Below, one piece after another: positions 13,001 through 27,683 of a stretch of 64,000 nucleotides of DNA. The translations under genes and the position numbers were made by a program. This stretch comes from a virus. Position 1 is the stretch's first letter, and each line of letters opens with the position of its first letter. The notes beneath the pieces are model-generated. The model was not told the origin of the DNA. It worked only from the letters and a program-made list of their open reading frames with translations, and searched no databases. The stretch is taken from the IMG/VR virus record IMGVR_UViG_3300045988_080644, one strand, 5' to 3'.

Positions 13001-16000
13001 TTACATATAAGGTACACGATAAAGAGGGTAAATCCTTTGAAATAACATAGGAATCTATTTAGAAATTGTATAAGGGAGAAGTCCCTACTGAACCTATAAC
13101 TCCATAGATTACTACCATAACTACTGGAATGGAAAATACTTCAGAAGAGGAATATGAATCTGCAATATCTCAATCTAATATAGAAGACACTGTTGAGACT
13201 CCTAAATCAGTAGGCACTCTATATACTATGAATACTTACTTACCAGGTATGAAAAATGACAATGGTAAAGCTGTATTTGATGATGATTCTCCAGAAAGTC
13301 AAGCTAGACATGATGCACGTATTGATGGATTTGTAGGTTTATCGAGAATACTAAAGACTGATGATTGGAAGGAGTTAGATGACTACTTTGCCTACTGTAG
13401 AAACGCTCTATTTACAAGTGAAAGGAATGCTGATGCAGCTAAATATTTAGCTAATATTTTAGGATTAACAGGTAATGTTAATATTAGATATGCCTTAAAA
13501 AGTTCTGCAGGTAGAATTAATTCTTCAGACCCTCGCTATTATAGATATGATTAGGGAGAAAATGAAAAATGCGAGTATTTACATTCTGATAGTAAGGATG
13601 CAAACGATGCTATGAGAAAAAAGGTGGTAGCCATCTTATTTAATGATGGAAAGCCAGTTCTTGAAATCCCAGTAGCATCTTTAAATTCACCTATTTCACT
13701 AATTTATTATACAGATGAAGAAGGCAATTTATTACATCCTGATTTAAATAAAGCTTATACAGATGCATTAATTAAGTATTAGGGTAACAAGAATTAGAGT
13801 GATTTAGCAGTATAGGAAGTAATTAATTAGTTTGATAAGAGTGGAACAGACTAGGATATAGTTGACTTATTTAAAGTGTATAGATTTACAGGAAATGGAA
13901 TATTCTTTTTTGATGAATCATTTAATCTGGCTGAATAGTCTCCTACAGGAATTATACTTACCGGAGAAAAAGGTAAGTTACAATAGAATGGTAGTTATTA
14001 GACTTCTAATAAATTTATAGATGTGTCAGAGTTAGCTAAGAACCCTTAGTTTAGGGTATCCAAAATATTGACATCTAGGGACGGTTTAGTTAATGGAACA
14101 CATGCTGTAAACCCAGGTCATTCTTTCATTCTAGTTGGTAATCCTAAGGAATTTGCAGGAACTACTGATTTAGTTAATTAGTATGAAAGACAAATAGCAG
14201 ACCCTAAGGCACCTAAAAAAGTATCTTTATATTATGTAATGCCTCCTAAGACTACAGTATCTGCTTGGCTTACTAATTAGCATAATTTATATTTAAATAC
14301 CTTGGGATAGAACAAATAGGTATATAATATAGGTAATGACTTCACAGGATATAGAGTATTAGACTGCTTAGATAAACAAGGTCTTTTAGATTCTATACCA
14401 TCTATAGGAAGTACTGCACAAGGCTATAAGTCGGGACAAGATGTATTAGATTCTATTAAAACAATACTCTCTAATGTTAGAGCTATAGAAAGTAAATGGA
14501 AAGGTGATTTAGCTTTAGATAACTCTAATCAGATAGAGGGTAGAGGTGAGGAAGAATACTATTAGATGCTAATTAACTAGGGAATGAAAGAACCTGATGC
14601 TAGACGAGTAATGTCTATCAAAGAAGTTAATTAGTATCTTAGACAACCTAGTTCATTATTATTTTAGGAAGGACGTACCAATAATTAGGTTCTTAATGCT
14701 TACTTAACTTGTATGGTTTGGAATAGGACTAAGGCTATCGGTTAGAAGGAAGTTATTACATATCACCCTGAAGTGCTTGATTAGATATAGTAGGCGTGTG
14801 AAAATGCAGAGGAACCTTTAAAAGACATATTCTATAAAACTCAATATACAGATAAAGCTCATGGTTCGTTCCTTGAAATATAGTAGAGAGCTAATTGGTA
14901 GCTAGAAGGCATAAACGGAGATGCAGCATTTAGAATTAATGCTCGTATCGACACAACTAATTTTACATCAGATGAACTTCCAATAGCTAGAATTGCTGGA
15001 GAAATAGAATAGAAAGCCATAAGAACTAAAGATGGCAGGGAAGTAAAAGTATGGAGTATGACTCCAGATGCTAAATAGAAATATGAGGCAGTTTATTTAG
15101 ACTAGAAAAAATTAGAAAATAAACCAGACCCTATTGATGAGTATGCTCCTTATATGCAAAAAATAGGAATATCTGAAAAAGAATTAGCTAACATAATAGC
15201 CTTAAACCATGGAGACAAATCTGCTATACAAAGAGATATAGCTAGGTGGTTTAATTCTTAGGATGTTCATAATTTTGGATTCACATATAATGGCAATATT
15301 TATTTATTTAATAATTCTGAATATTCATTAATTTCTAGACCTACAAGCTTAGCTACCACAGATAACTTAGTTTTAAAGGGAGTAGATAATAATGGAGAAC
15401 ATGATATAACAATCACCTTCAATGTAGATGGTAATGGTAATATTACATCTATGTAGGGTAATGTAACTACTTTTAAATAGGTAAGTGCTGGACGTTAGAT
15501 TCCTGATTATATGGAGAGTATGGAAGAGCAATTAAAGGATAAGAGGTCTTCGTGGGAATACTATAGGGATGATATTCAAAGGGAAGACCATGGAATAACT
15601 TATATAACAGGTATTCCCTATCAATCAACTATAGAACCTTCCATAAACTTAGCTGTTGATTCTGGTGTACTGCCTAAAAAGTATGCAAAGTATTTAAATA
15701 AAGATAGACCTGGCTCAATAGCCTTAGAGGACTTGCAAGAGATAATTGATATATTTAAGAAAAAAGGTATTAATAGTCCTACGAATTTGCTATCTTATAT
15801 TAAAAATGATGGAATTACTGTATCTAAGGAAGAATGGGAAGAAGCTTAGAATGGTATTAGGGATTCTATACCTCCACTATTAGCTAGAAATAGTGTCTTT
15901 TTAAGAGAGTATGACAAATCTATTTCAGCTCAAGGTAAACGAGATCTAAAACGTAGTTTAGGGACTGCGAAAAAATTCCTATCCACAGTTAAAAAGAAAG

Positions 16001-16251
16001 GAGACAAGGTTAAAGAAGAAGCTTGGGAAAAAGTGATTTCTATAGTAGAATCAATAACGTCTTCATCTACCCCTACTATATCATTAGAAAATGAAGATAC
16101 TGTTATTTAGAATGGTAAAAGATATACAATAATTGATAAAGAAAACTTAATTGGAGAAGATGAGGTTACTAAAGAATAGGTAACTTTAACTACAGATAAT
16201 TTAATTAAAGAGGAAACTTAGTGTATTCCTGTTAAATTTAATATGATTTAA
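7006..16251 (+). CDS. Giant multidomain protein (3081 aa with TAG=Gln) with hydrophobic Gly-rich segments and an embedded SF1 (RecD/Pif1-like) helicase/ATPase domain
   Basis: ATG 7006 (TAATG overlap). Frame 1 is open for 9246 nt to TAA 16249-16251. Walker A GIAGSGKSKAV (~11392-11421), Walker B VIFIDEISH, motif III GDFDQ (Q=TAG 11827-11829), YTGITRASQGV (~12355-12390). Track ORFs 8635.., 10336.., 13129.., 15511.. are all in this frame. Confidence 0.85.
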
Positions 16252-16252
16252 A

Positions 16253-19200
16253 ATGGCAAAATGTTCACTTAAAAAATCACCTAATGGAGCGTTTGGTGGT
16301 TACAGTTAGGAATCTATAGAAGAATTAGAAGACTTTGTAACCACGGCTTTTAATGAAGCTCTTATGAATGCTGGAGATGGATCAAACGGAGGTTTAATTA
16401 AAAAAGCAGTTCGAGATGCATTACATAAAATTGGTGATTAGTATTCTATGAATTAGTTAGATAAAATAGCAGAAATTACATAGAAGTTAATTGATAATTC
16501 AGAAGATTTAGTATTTTTGAATGAGTACATACCAATAGAGGGTATAAAGAATGCAATAAATCCTAAATATAGATAGACTGTAAAAGAATCAAACTCTTCT
16601 CTGGGAGAACCAGAGGAGGGTGAGACTCTTGCCAAGAAGTCTCAATTCTTAGATGATGTATGGGGCACTAATGTACGATTAAAGAACGCCTATAAACAAG
16701 AAGTAACTAATTAGTTAATTAATAAGTTTATTATAGATAGAGAGCATGGTGTAATTGTAAAAAATGCCGGGGACGCTAACCGAAATATTCGGGACTATAA
16801 GAATAAATTATGGGGAGATATTAAAGAGTATTTAATTGGAAAAGGCTCATTAGATGAGTTTACTCCAGATATTTATGAAGATGGAGAATATACTGGCGTC
16901 TTTGAAGATGAAGAGGTCAGAAAAGCAATAAGAATTTTTGGTTCTTGGGATGCTCAGAAGATACAATCTGATAGAGATACTGATGATTATAAAATATTTA
17001 AGAAATGGTTTACTCTAAAGAACTTTGACAACTTTACTAGAATGTTGCTAGGTAAAGCTATTATTATTAAACCCGGAACTGAAAATACATTTAGTAATGA
17101 AGATAATTACTCCTTTGCTACCAAAAATGATGCGGTAATAACAAGCTGGAGAACTAATGAAGATGTTGTACTAGAATAGGAAATTGGAGCATTAGCACAA
17201 TCCTTAATTAATTCTACACCATATTATTAGTATAGAAATGATGCAGAAACAGGCTAGTATATAAAGTTCTCTGATTTCTATTAGATTATAACTAAATTAA
17301 AGGAGTCTGTTTATAATCCTGTAACTTCTGATATTACATTTAGGAGATTAGATAATAGATATTAGAATTTATTTAATTCAGGTTTACTTACTCAGCATGA
17401 ATTAGATCTTATACAAGGTAAATCTTTAAAAGATTTAATATGTAGTATTAGAGAAAATCCTGCATTATATAGTAAACTATTATTTACAGCTATAATTAAT
17501 GATAAAGATACCCTAGTGAGATTAAATTTCACAGATGAAGATTTAAATAAAATGTACTCTTTATATAAGGGTATATTTGCTCCTAAGGATAAGTCTATTC
17601 AGGCTATTTAGGCTAAAGAAGATTATAGAGCTTAGAACTACTATAACTTAATAACTTAGGTAGTTGATTCTATCAATTCTGTAAAATTCCTATAGTATAA
17701 TATTGAAGATGGAGTAGTAAAAACAAGACTCTTAAAAGATTATTCTGCTGAAAACGTAAGAAGATCTATAGAGAATAATATAGCATATACTAATTCTTCT
17801 CATATTTTATCTTCTTTATTTAAAGAAAGAGAAGTTAAATTATATAATATATAGACATTAGCTGATAAGGCTAACACTTTCTCAGGAATTACATGTACTA
17901 TTCCTGACATTGGTATAATTGTAGAGGTCAATGAATTGGGAAATTACATTTCTTACAAAGATGAGTTTGGCAAGCTTTTAAGTTCAGAGGAAATAGAAAG
18001 GTTAATCGATAATCCGAAAGTAGAATCTCTATGGCAATTTATTGATGATAACTTATCTATTGGAGTTTCTTATGATACAGATTTGAGAAAAGCACTTAAA
18101 ATGTACTCGGTGGGTCATACTATATAGGATTTATTAAAATTAACTTCTACAGTACTTCTTAATAAATATATAGCTAATGTAAAAGGAGAAAGAAGTCATG
18201 GTAAAGCTGCATTAAATGACTTATTTGATAATATATATAAGGGCTATCCCAATAAACCTAAATATAATTCTGAATTAATGGAAATGGGATTATATAGCGA
18301 TGCTATGACTCCTATTCTTGATAATATATCTAAAGCTAAAGCACTCACTTCTGGTATTATGTAGTCTGCTTCAGTTAAAGATGCTGATGGTAAAACCCTA
18401 TCTCAATAGACTCTTAGTCGTTTATTAGGTAACTTAATTCCTTAGTATAATTGGATTAAATCTTACAATTGGGTAGGTAATGATAAGGTTAATCCATTCT
18501 CTAAGATGTCCCTTATGTAGCCTGGTGTATTTAGAGGTATATATACTACAAGAGAGGTTAAGTCTCCTTATGGAAATAAACCTCAAACATAGTTTACAGT
18601 ATCTGAGTTTAGTTAGAGTGCCTTTCTATATGATTTCGTTGATGGTTTTACTACTAAAAAGGATGTTCGAGGAGATGTAGTTATTGGTAATGGAAAAGTA
18701 GGATTACTACCATCTGTAAACTCTGATAAAAATACTATTAACAGAATGTGTGTAGATTTGATGTAGAAAGTTGATTCTAAGCATCCGGAACTTAATGGTA
18801 AACAATTTATAGACCTTGATTCTAAAGAATTACAAACATTAACTAGTGAACAACTTGGACACTATTTCAAAGCAGTTAATTAGAATATACAAAAAGATTT
18901 TGATAAGTTATTTAATTGGATAAACGGTAAGTATCATTTAGCTATATATAGTTTAGAAGACATTAATAGTCGTTATAGTAATCCTGCTGATTAGTTATAT
19001 CAATGGGTAAAAGAGTACAATGACACCCACAATAATGTTATATAGTTAATTGATTAGACTCACTATTCTATTGATAAAAAAACTAAGAGACTTAAATCCA
19101 ATATGCTTTTAAAAGGATTAGAGACTAGATTTTCTGACCCTAGTAAGCTAGCTAAATTTATGCAGTGGAAGGAGACAGAAGTTTTAAAATCCTTATTAGA

Positions 19201-22200
19201 TGAAAATGTAGAAATTCGTCTTATTGACGGTACCAACTCTTCTGCTAAGACCTATTTAAAAGACAATTATAAAGATTGGATTCATAATGGTAAAATGGTA
19301 TTTGCTAAGGTTAACGGTAAGGATATATTAACTAAATAGGACTTAATTAATTTAGGACTAGATATTAATGATCCACATTCTTGGAATATAGAATTACATC
19401 CTATGCTTAGTAAGTATAATGCGTTAGACTATTTCTTTACTTCTCAATATATGTATGCAGGAGTAGGATGTCATACTAATCATCCTTCTAAGGCAGATTA
19501 TAATGTCCCTATTATTTATAAGCATCCAAAATTAGGTTTATCTACATTCTTATAGAATAATCCTCAAGCTGCAAACTATCTCATGGATTTTGATGACTTC
19601 TTTAATGAAAAAAGAGATGCATTTATTGAAGCCCAAACTCATGTAGAAAAATCTATCCCATTCTCTGATGATGAAGGCTATGTTTACTATGACACTAATC
19701 CAGAATGGACAAAAGCTAAAGAAAATTATTTAATATAGAATTAGAATAATCCAGAATTTTAGGATTTTGTAAAGAAAGCATGGAATGAAGCTAAACTTAT
19801 AGCTAAGGAATAGAATAAAATTTTATTAAATTCTAGTTCTATTGTATTAAAGATGTTCCCACAGGACTTTAGTAAAGTATTAACCATGTCCTAGGAAGAA
19901 GCAGTAGCACGTGGTATGGATCCAGATTGGAAAAATACAATTGATACTGCTTTAAATGGTTTAATAGTACCTAAAATAGAATTCAAATCAGGTGAATATT
20001 TTGACAAAGCATTTAGCTCTTATTTAACTAAAGAAATGGATAAACTTCTTCAAAATGAAACTGAAGATGAAGCATCTCGTTTTGCAGCATAGCATAAGAG
20101 AAATGTATCTTATACCGCAGCCATGCATGAGTTTCAATTAAATCAAATAGATGGCGTGCCTTCTGTCTATAATATGGCAATTATGTCAGATTTGAAGTCT
20201 GATGTGTATACAGTATAGGCAGATGTGGATAAAGCTACTAATTTTGATGGTGCTACCTTTGTAAATCCATTTATAGTTATTTGGGAGAACAACTCCCTTA
20301 ATGGAGATAAAGCAGGTATAAATAAAAAGCAATTTGTACACTTTTATGATAGAGCCACTGGTACAGGAGGTATTATTAAAACTGCAGGATTTGGTTTAAC
20401 TAATGACAAAATAAGACAGTTTGACTTCTACCGTAATATGATGTATAATATGACCGGTAAGAAATGGAAAAATGCTGATGGTTCTCAATATATTATGCGT
20501 GATGGGGGTATTCTTAAAGACTTTGAAGACAACGACATTGACTATGGTGATTTCTACTATAGAAAAGGGGCTAAATTTTATAAGAGACGTATTTAGTCCT
20601 ATGATGGAAATAACACTTATTCTATATTAGAGCAAGAAGTTGATGAAAATGGAGAAGCAAAGGGTAATGAGAATACTATTCAAGTATAGGTAAATTCTAA
20701 CTATGATGTGTGGCAAATGTTTGGAGGTATGAATTCTGTAGACTTCTTAGATGGAACTCTTCAAGGTTCTGAAAAGTCTATAGAAATGACTGCACATGCT
20801 GCCAATATTTATGGAACTAAAAAAGAGGGTGTTATCAGAGCGCAGACAGCAGATGACATTATCTAGCCTATGAAGCATTCTGATATACATTATATGCCTA
20901 CTATAGGTGCTGTTAAACACGGTGCTGCAAACATAAATCCAGTCTCTTCTTTCTTTAGTAGAAATGGTCTAAGTTTTATGTAGGTAGAAGTGAGATAGGC
21001 TGGTATTTAGCTTGATAAGGAACATCAAGCTGATAATGAAGACTTGTCTCTTATGACTTAGGTTATTTCAGCTGCTTGTTCTATGGGATACACTAAGGGA
21101 GAGGCTACTAATCTATATAATGCTTTATATAGTCTATCTAAATAGGCTACTAAGGCATTTAGAGACGAAATGGGAGACCTATTAAATGGATTCTCTGATA
21201 GCTTTAATGCTGCGGTAACAGAAACTATTATGAAGTCTTTGATTAATGCTTCAGCTACAGACGGTGATATGCTATAGTTAGTAGCAAAGAATATTATAAA
21301 GAAAATAAATGCTGAAAAATAGTTTTCTATCAATAAAACTAACTACGCTGACATTGATAAAGAAATTCCTTATAGTGATGCTGCTGTTTCTGCTAAGGTA
21401 GTTAGTTCTTTAACCGCTGCATTAACTAAAGCTGGAATTAAAACTAAAATGCCTGGTCTTTTAGCAGTATTAAATCCAGCTGAAGGTATTATAAAAATGT
21501 ATAAAGTGCCAGCCAAAGACAAAGATGGCAATATTCTATTAAATGAAGATGGTTCTACTGTATATAAATATGTAACTATGGATGCCATAGAAAAAGAGTA
21601 TGATACAGAGAATGCTTTTGAAATAATGGAATAGTTACAAGCAGAAACAGGACCACTTAGTTATAATACTGATGAAACTGGATTAATAACTAGTATGCCT
21701 GATGTCAAAATAGGACGTAAATACTTAGTTACTTTCTCAGATGGGGTCAACAAATCTACTAAGGTTGTAAATGTGACATTACCTCATAGAGTGGAGTCTG
21801 ATACTAGTACTGTATTTTATAATAATGTTCCATATCAAGAATAGACTATGGGATATAGAAAACTTATAGACTATTTAAATGGAATAGTTAATGAGGAAAC
21901 TGGAGTTACTAACCAAATTACAGAAGTTAAGGAGTTTTTAATAGGAGGTCAGGACTTAGATAGTTATGATGTAAAATTTTAGGATTCTTTAGGTAATAGA
22001 TGGCAAATGTCTGATTTAGATATTGTACAAGATTATTTTGAAGCAAGAGAATCTAAAGACCCCAGAAGAAAAGTATTAGAAATATTATCTAAGTATGATA
22101 AAGACTAGGAATTAAAAGCTGCTATAATTAAGGAATTTAATGAGTCTAATAATTCAAATAAAGTTAAGATTGTCAATGATTTAAATGATAATTTTAATGG

Positions 22201-25200
22201 AATTTTCTTAACTGAAACTCCTATGTATAAAGAGTTCTTTTAGAAGTATGCATTAAAATTCTTAAATAGAGAAATGCAACGACAGTTGACCGCTTTAAAT
22301 CCTGAAAATACAGAGCCTTTAAATGTATTAATTAATAATAAAGTAGTTACTGTATAGCCTTCTACTATTGATATAACTAGTTATGGAACAGTAATACCTA
22401 AGACAGCTGCTTCCTCTTTTGGTCTTAATTAGTATGACTAGGTTAGTGATATTGTTAACAATCCTGATTTCTTCTTAGATAGATTAGCTAAGAGACTTAA
22501 TACTAAAGTTTAGGATTATTATAAGGATGGATAGTTAGTATATAATTACCACTTGGAGCTAAAAAGAAATGATGGTAATCATGTTTATATAAGAAGAGGG
22601 ATTGATAATTCTGACTTCGCCAATGAAATTTAGTGGTTTAGGTATGTTGATTCTGATGGACATGTATTTAGAGTAAACAGTGATGGAAATATTATGCATC
22701 CAATGTATAGTGAGAATGATAAAATATATACTGACTATGATGGAAATGAAATAATAGTTACTGAAGCTAAAGATACTTGGAAAGATTCTAAAGGCAATGA
22801 AGTAAAGAATCCTGATATAAAGAAAATTCGAGGCATCACCATTGATTAGAAGACTGGAGAAGAAATCCATTTAGATTCTCCATTTACCTTTTACTTAGAT
22901 AACCTTAATTATAACTTTGTAAATTTAAATGCAAATTGCTCAGAAGCTGAACTATTAAATTTATTAGATGCAGCCAGAAGTAGCAAATCTAAAAAGGCTA
23001 ATAATTTTGTAAAGAGACTTGCTAAAATAGGTAATTATGATAAATAGGTGGACTATTTAGATAAACTTACTAAGTATGAAGATTTAATAAAAGGAGATAC
23101 TAAAAATCCAGCATATTTAGCCTTACAAAAGGAATCTAGATAGATATGGACTTCTTTTATGAAATATCTTGAAAATGTAGCAGCACGTATCCCTGCTTAG
23201 TCTTAGTAGTCTTTCATGGCTCAAAGAGTAGCTATGTTTGAGAATACAGATACAAATAATGCTTATGTAAGTAAATTCTAGTTCTTCTTACAGGGAAGTG
23301 ACTTGGATATTGATGCGGTATCTATACAAACATTTGATATAAATAGCAACGGTATTTATGAAACTTATTCTCCGTATGCTAATCTGGATTCACCAGCACT
23401 TCTTAAAGTTTCTGAAAAATACTTACCGTTCCCAACTGGAGATAGGATAAAAGTTGAAGAAATTCATGATCCAACTATAACTACTATGCACTAGTTAATA
23501 GCTAAATAGCATTATGATGGTAAAAGATTATTTGGATTAGCTAATAAACTTAATTAGTAGGATGCTTTATTCTTAATAAACTATACTAGAAATAAGGATG
23601 TAATCGTAGAGGTAAATACTAACAGTGAATAGAATATAAAAGATTTAGCTGATATTCTTGAGTCTATTAATTCAGAGGATTGGTATTCTTACGAAGATGA
23701 TATATCTAATACTAGAGCCTTAACAACTTTATTATTTCCAGATAATGAAATGGTATTGGATGTAGATTTATATGATAAAATAGAAAATGGTATAATTGAG
23801 GCTATAGATAAACATAATACTTATTTAAAGAATAATTCTAAAGCTAAGAACGATAGAATATTAAAGAATTTTGCTGTAACTTCACTATTAAATATTATTA
23901 AAAATCCAGTTAATCTTAGAGAGGCTTAGTCTTCTGTAGATGTTATGACATCAACTGCTAAGAACTTAACTAAGGCTTCTCCTAAAAATGCAGTACAAAA
24001 AACCTTTACTCCAGGTAATGTATTTAATAAAATCTAGAGTATCAATGAGAATATGGTTGGTAAAGATGGTATTGCTATCTGTGCGACAGGTCTTAAATCT
24101 TTCTTTGCATTAACTCATATGTATAATACAGTATTAAATGATGAAAACACTAGTAATTAGGAAAAAGAAGCTTTAATGTGTAAGGTAACAATTGGAGGTA
24201 AAACATATAGAGGACTCGCTAACGTAAATGCTAATTAGGAGTTAATAGAAAGTTTAGCAGATGCCGAGAATGGTAATTTTACTACTTTACAGAATTACTT
24301 ATTAGCTCAAGAATGGGAATCTGATGCTGCTAATGAAGCTTCTGCTTTTCTGTCTCTTTCAACTGATAATGCTAAGGAGTTAGCTTTAGCTAAATTAAAT
24401 GCAGGTACTCAGACTTTGGGTATGTATTTATATGGGTTATCTCTTGGAGTTCCAGTAGACACTTTGTTTAAAATAATGACTTCTCCATTTGCTTTTAGAT
24501 TAGTAGAATTAGCAAAAGGTGATACATTTAGTGGTAATAGTGGTTGTGGAACTATAATTGGTACTCTAGACTACTTACATAAAGACCCACTAGAATAGCT
24601 TTCTAGATTTAATACATTTGATTTATCTACATATAACGAAGGTAAACCAAAAGATTAGAAAATATTAGGTCCAGCTGATTTTGCTTGGTAGTTATTGTAG
24701 AATAGTATAGCAGATGATTATAATGAAAAATTACCACTTCTTAGATAGTTAGCTTATAAAGGTAATGCTATTTAGTTAATTGAAGATTTAAGGTCTAAAG
24801 TTAATTAGATTAGTAGTGTTATCTAGACAAAAGATGAATTTAATCTCTATTCAACCTTATATAATCAAGCACTAGACTTTATGGAATAGTATATTGCTGA
24901 TGTCTAGCTAGAGTTAGATAGTGGAAGTTACGATACTGTATACGGAAAATCCATAATAGCTACAGACTTAGAAACTCTTGCTCTTGGTGCTGATGAATAT
25001 AAAGAAATAGGTAAAATTCTTAGACTTAATCAAGAAGTAAAGACTAATGCTTTAGATTTACAAAACTAGGTAGCTAATATTGAAGAAGTTATAACTAGAA
25101 GACTCAGACAATTAGCTAGAGTTGAAAATAGGGGAAGCTACTATAGTCATGGTGCCACAAAAGATGAGTTAAAAAATCCTGATAAATATAAGATTGATTT

Positions 25201-26635
25201 AGAAAAGTTTTTATATGATGAAGTATACTAGTAGGAAAAAATAGCGTAGTATGATAGAATTAAACAATCTTATAATGTTTTACGTGTTCTTACTACAGAT
25301 CCTTAGTATAAAGGTTATATGGAAACCTTATATATGGCTCATCAAGGTCTGTTAAATAAGTAGTTAAAGTATAGATTTACAGTAGGTAAAATTGCAGATT
25401 TTATTTAGAAAAATAAAGTTACTGGTAATTTATAGTAGTAGGTACTTAAAAATGGTAACAATTATGTTGACTATAAACTAAGACAAAATTGGATGCGAGA
25501 TAGTAAAATACAGATTACTATTCCTGGCAGTACCGATAAAATGAAAACTTATGCGTTTATAGGAACCCCAAATAGTTATAGTTAGTTATACTTTGATAAA
25601 ACTATACAACTGGGCACTGATATGGGAGATGCTAATTTTAAATTATGGATGGAGCAAACTCTTATTCCTAGACTTAAAGCGGACCCAACATTAAAAGATA
25701 ATATATTTATATAGCATTTAAGTCCTATAGTTAACTCAAGAACTAATTTGGGTATGACTGCGGTTTATTATGGATTAAATGGAATAAACATGTTGCCTTA
25801 GTCTGACGCTGAAAGAGAAATGTTTGATATACATAAAGACGCTTTTAATAAATTAGCAACCTATGACTTGATTAGGGACGCTAAAGGTCATACTTTTGCC
25901 ATAAAAGACTTATTTTATCTATATTCTTTAATATGTAATAACGGTAAATTTGGTCCTACTTCTCTACATAAAATATTTGAGGATTATCTAGATTCAGGTC
26001 TAGCCTAGAGTTATAAACACTTTATAGCAGAAAAAGATAGAGACTTAGATTTCTACCAGGATTTAGTAAAGACATGTACAGATGAATGGCTTGCACCTAT
26101 GAGTTCTCCTTATGTTGGAGGTTCTAAAGTACTCAAATATAAGGATTAGAACAATGAATAGATTCTACTTTATAAAAAGAAGGAAAAGAAGTCAAAAGGT
26201 GGATATGACTATGATGTCGAGTAGGATATGGATGACATCTTTATGAATGATATGGGATTTGATCCAGAAGGTGGAAAAGACCCTATGGCAGAAATCAACA
26301 ACTATGTTAAATAGGAATCTAGTGCCCTAGCTAAAAGAGACTATAGTTTCTTCTCAAATCCTGAAGTTAAATATAATACATCAGGTTTTCAAGTATTATC
26401 AACTAAATCAGAACTAATTAATTAGCATCCTATAACCTACGAAGTTAGAGATGGTAAACCTGTATTAGTAAATATAGGGGGTGATGGGGAGATTGCAAAA
26501 AAGTTTATGAAATTAATGAAAGATCGTAAGGGAATATTACCTACTAAGTAGATTCTTGGAACAGATGGATTTACTGCAGTAATTAATGAAGAATAGATTG
26601 AATCAGAATTAAATAGTATAATAAATTGTGGATAA
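16253..26635 (+). CDS. Giant protein (3460 aa with TAG=Gln) containing a two-barrel RNA polymerase-type DxDxD catalytic motif; crAss-like virion-packaged RNAP candidate
   Basis: ATG 16253, two nt after the upstream TAA. Frame 2 is open for 10383 nt to TAA 26633-26635. ARIPAQSQQSF...GSDLDIDAVS has DLDID at 23300-23314. An in-frame triple TAG lies at 25433-25441. Track ORFs 17936.., 19103.., 20225.., 21449.., 23303.., 24416.., 25820.. share the frame. Confidence 0.8.
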
Positions 26636-27683
26636 TTGTTTAATTAAAGATTTAGAATATCGGACTAAGCTATCTTAGTCTGGTATTCCTGAATCTATAT
26701 TTTATCCATTTTGCAATGGATTTATGAATAAGTATGGGAGATTACCTAATCTAGATGAAATTCCAAATGTTGATTCTTCTCAACATATAATTAATAAACT
26801 GCATCTAGATAGTAATAGCTCAACATCTATAGATAATATCATGTCTTCTACTAATACATCAAGTATTGAAGAAGCTAATGTTAGTTTAAATGATACCTAT
26901 AAAGATAAAGATATAAATATAATTCCTTTATATAAAGAAGCTTTAGTTGACATAAAAGATAGACCTTCCGAATATAAAACAATAGAATAGGAAAAACATA
27001 AAGTAGATAGAAATCCTAATATGCAGGGAGTATTTAATTAGTTATTTAATAAGTTAGAGAAATAGTATGGAGTACAATTACATACTATTTCAGATAAAGA
27101 ACTGGCTAGTGATGAATGGTAGGGAATACCTGAAATTTAGACAGCTAATGCTTTTATTTATAATGGAGATGTATATATAAATACAGACCATGCAAAAGCC
27201 GATGCTCCTATACATGAAATGACTCATATGTTATTAGGTTCTATTAGATTTAAAAATCCTGATCTTTATTATGGAATTGTACAACAAGCCTAGGATTTTC
27301 TAACATTTAATTAGTTTATAGAACAAAACCCAAATAGAGCTATAAATGATAATATGGAAGAATTATTTGTTACAGAAATGTCTAAATATCTAGCAGGGGA
27401 ATCTAGCATTATTGAATAGTTAGATGAAACCGTTATTAATGAGTTACATTATAACATGAAGAGACTATTAGATACTGCACTTATGGGTTAGTATAGTGTA
27501 AAAAGTATTCCTGATTCTAAGTTATATAGAATGTCTTTAGCTGATTTAGTAGAAACTGTAAATTCCCAGATGTTAGAAACAAGTTTTTATGGAAGCCTAG
27601 ATGACGCTGCTTTGCATAGAGTATTAGCTAATACTAAGTCAGATTTAATGAAAAAAGGTGATTTAAGAGAAGATTGTGTATGA
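26628..27683 (+). CDS. Putative Zn-metallopeptidase-like protein (HEMTH motif), TAG-recoded; start uncertain (GTG 26628 or ATG 26724)
   Basis: Frame 0 is open from 26625 to TGA 27681-27683, with in-frame TAGs after 26988. PIHEMTHMLLG has HEMTH at 27213-27227. Its stop overlaps the next ATG (ATGA). Confidence 0.7.
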
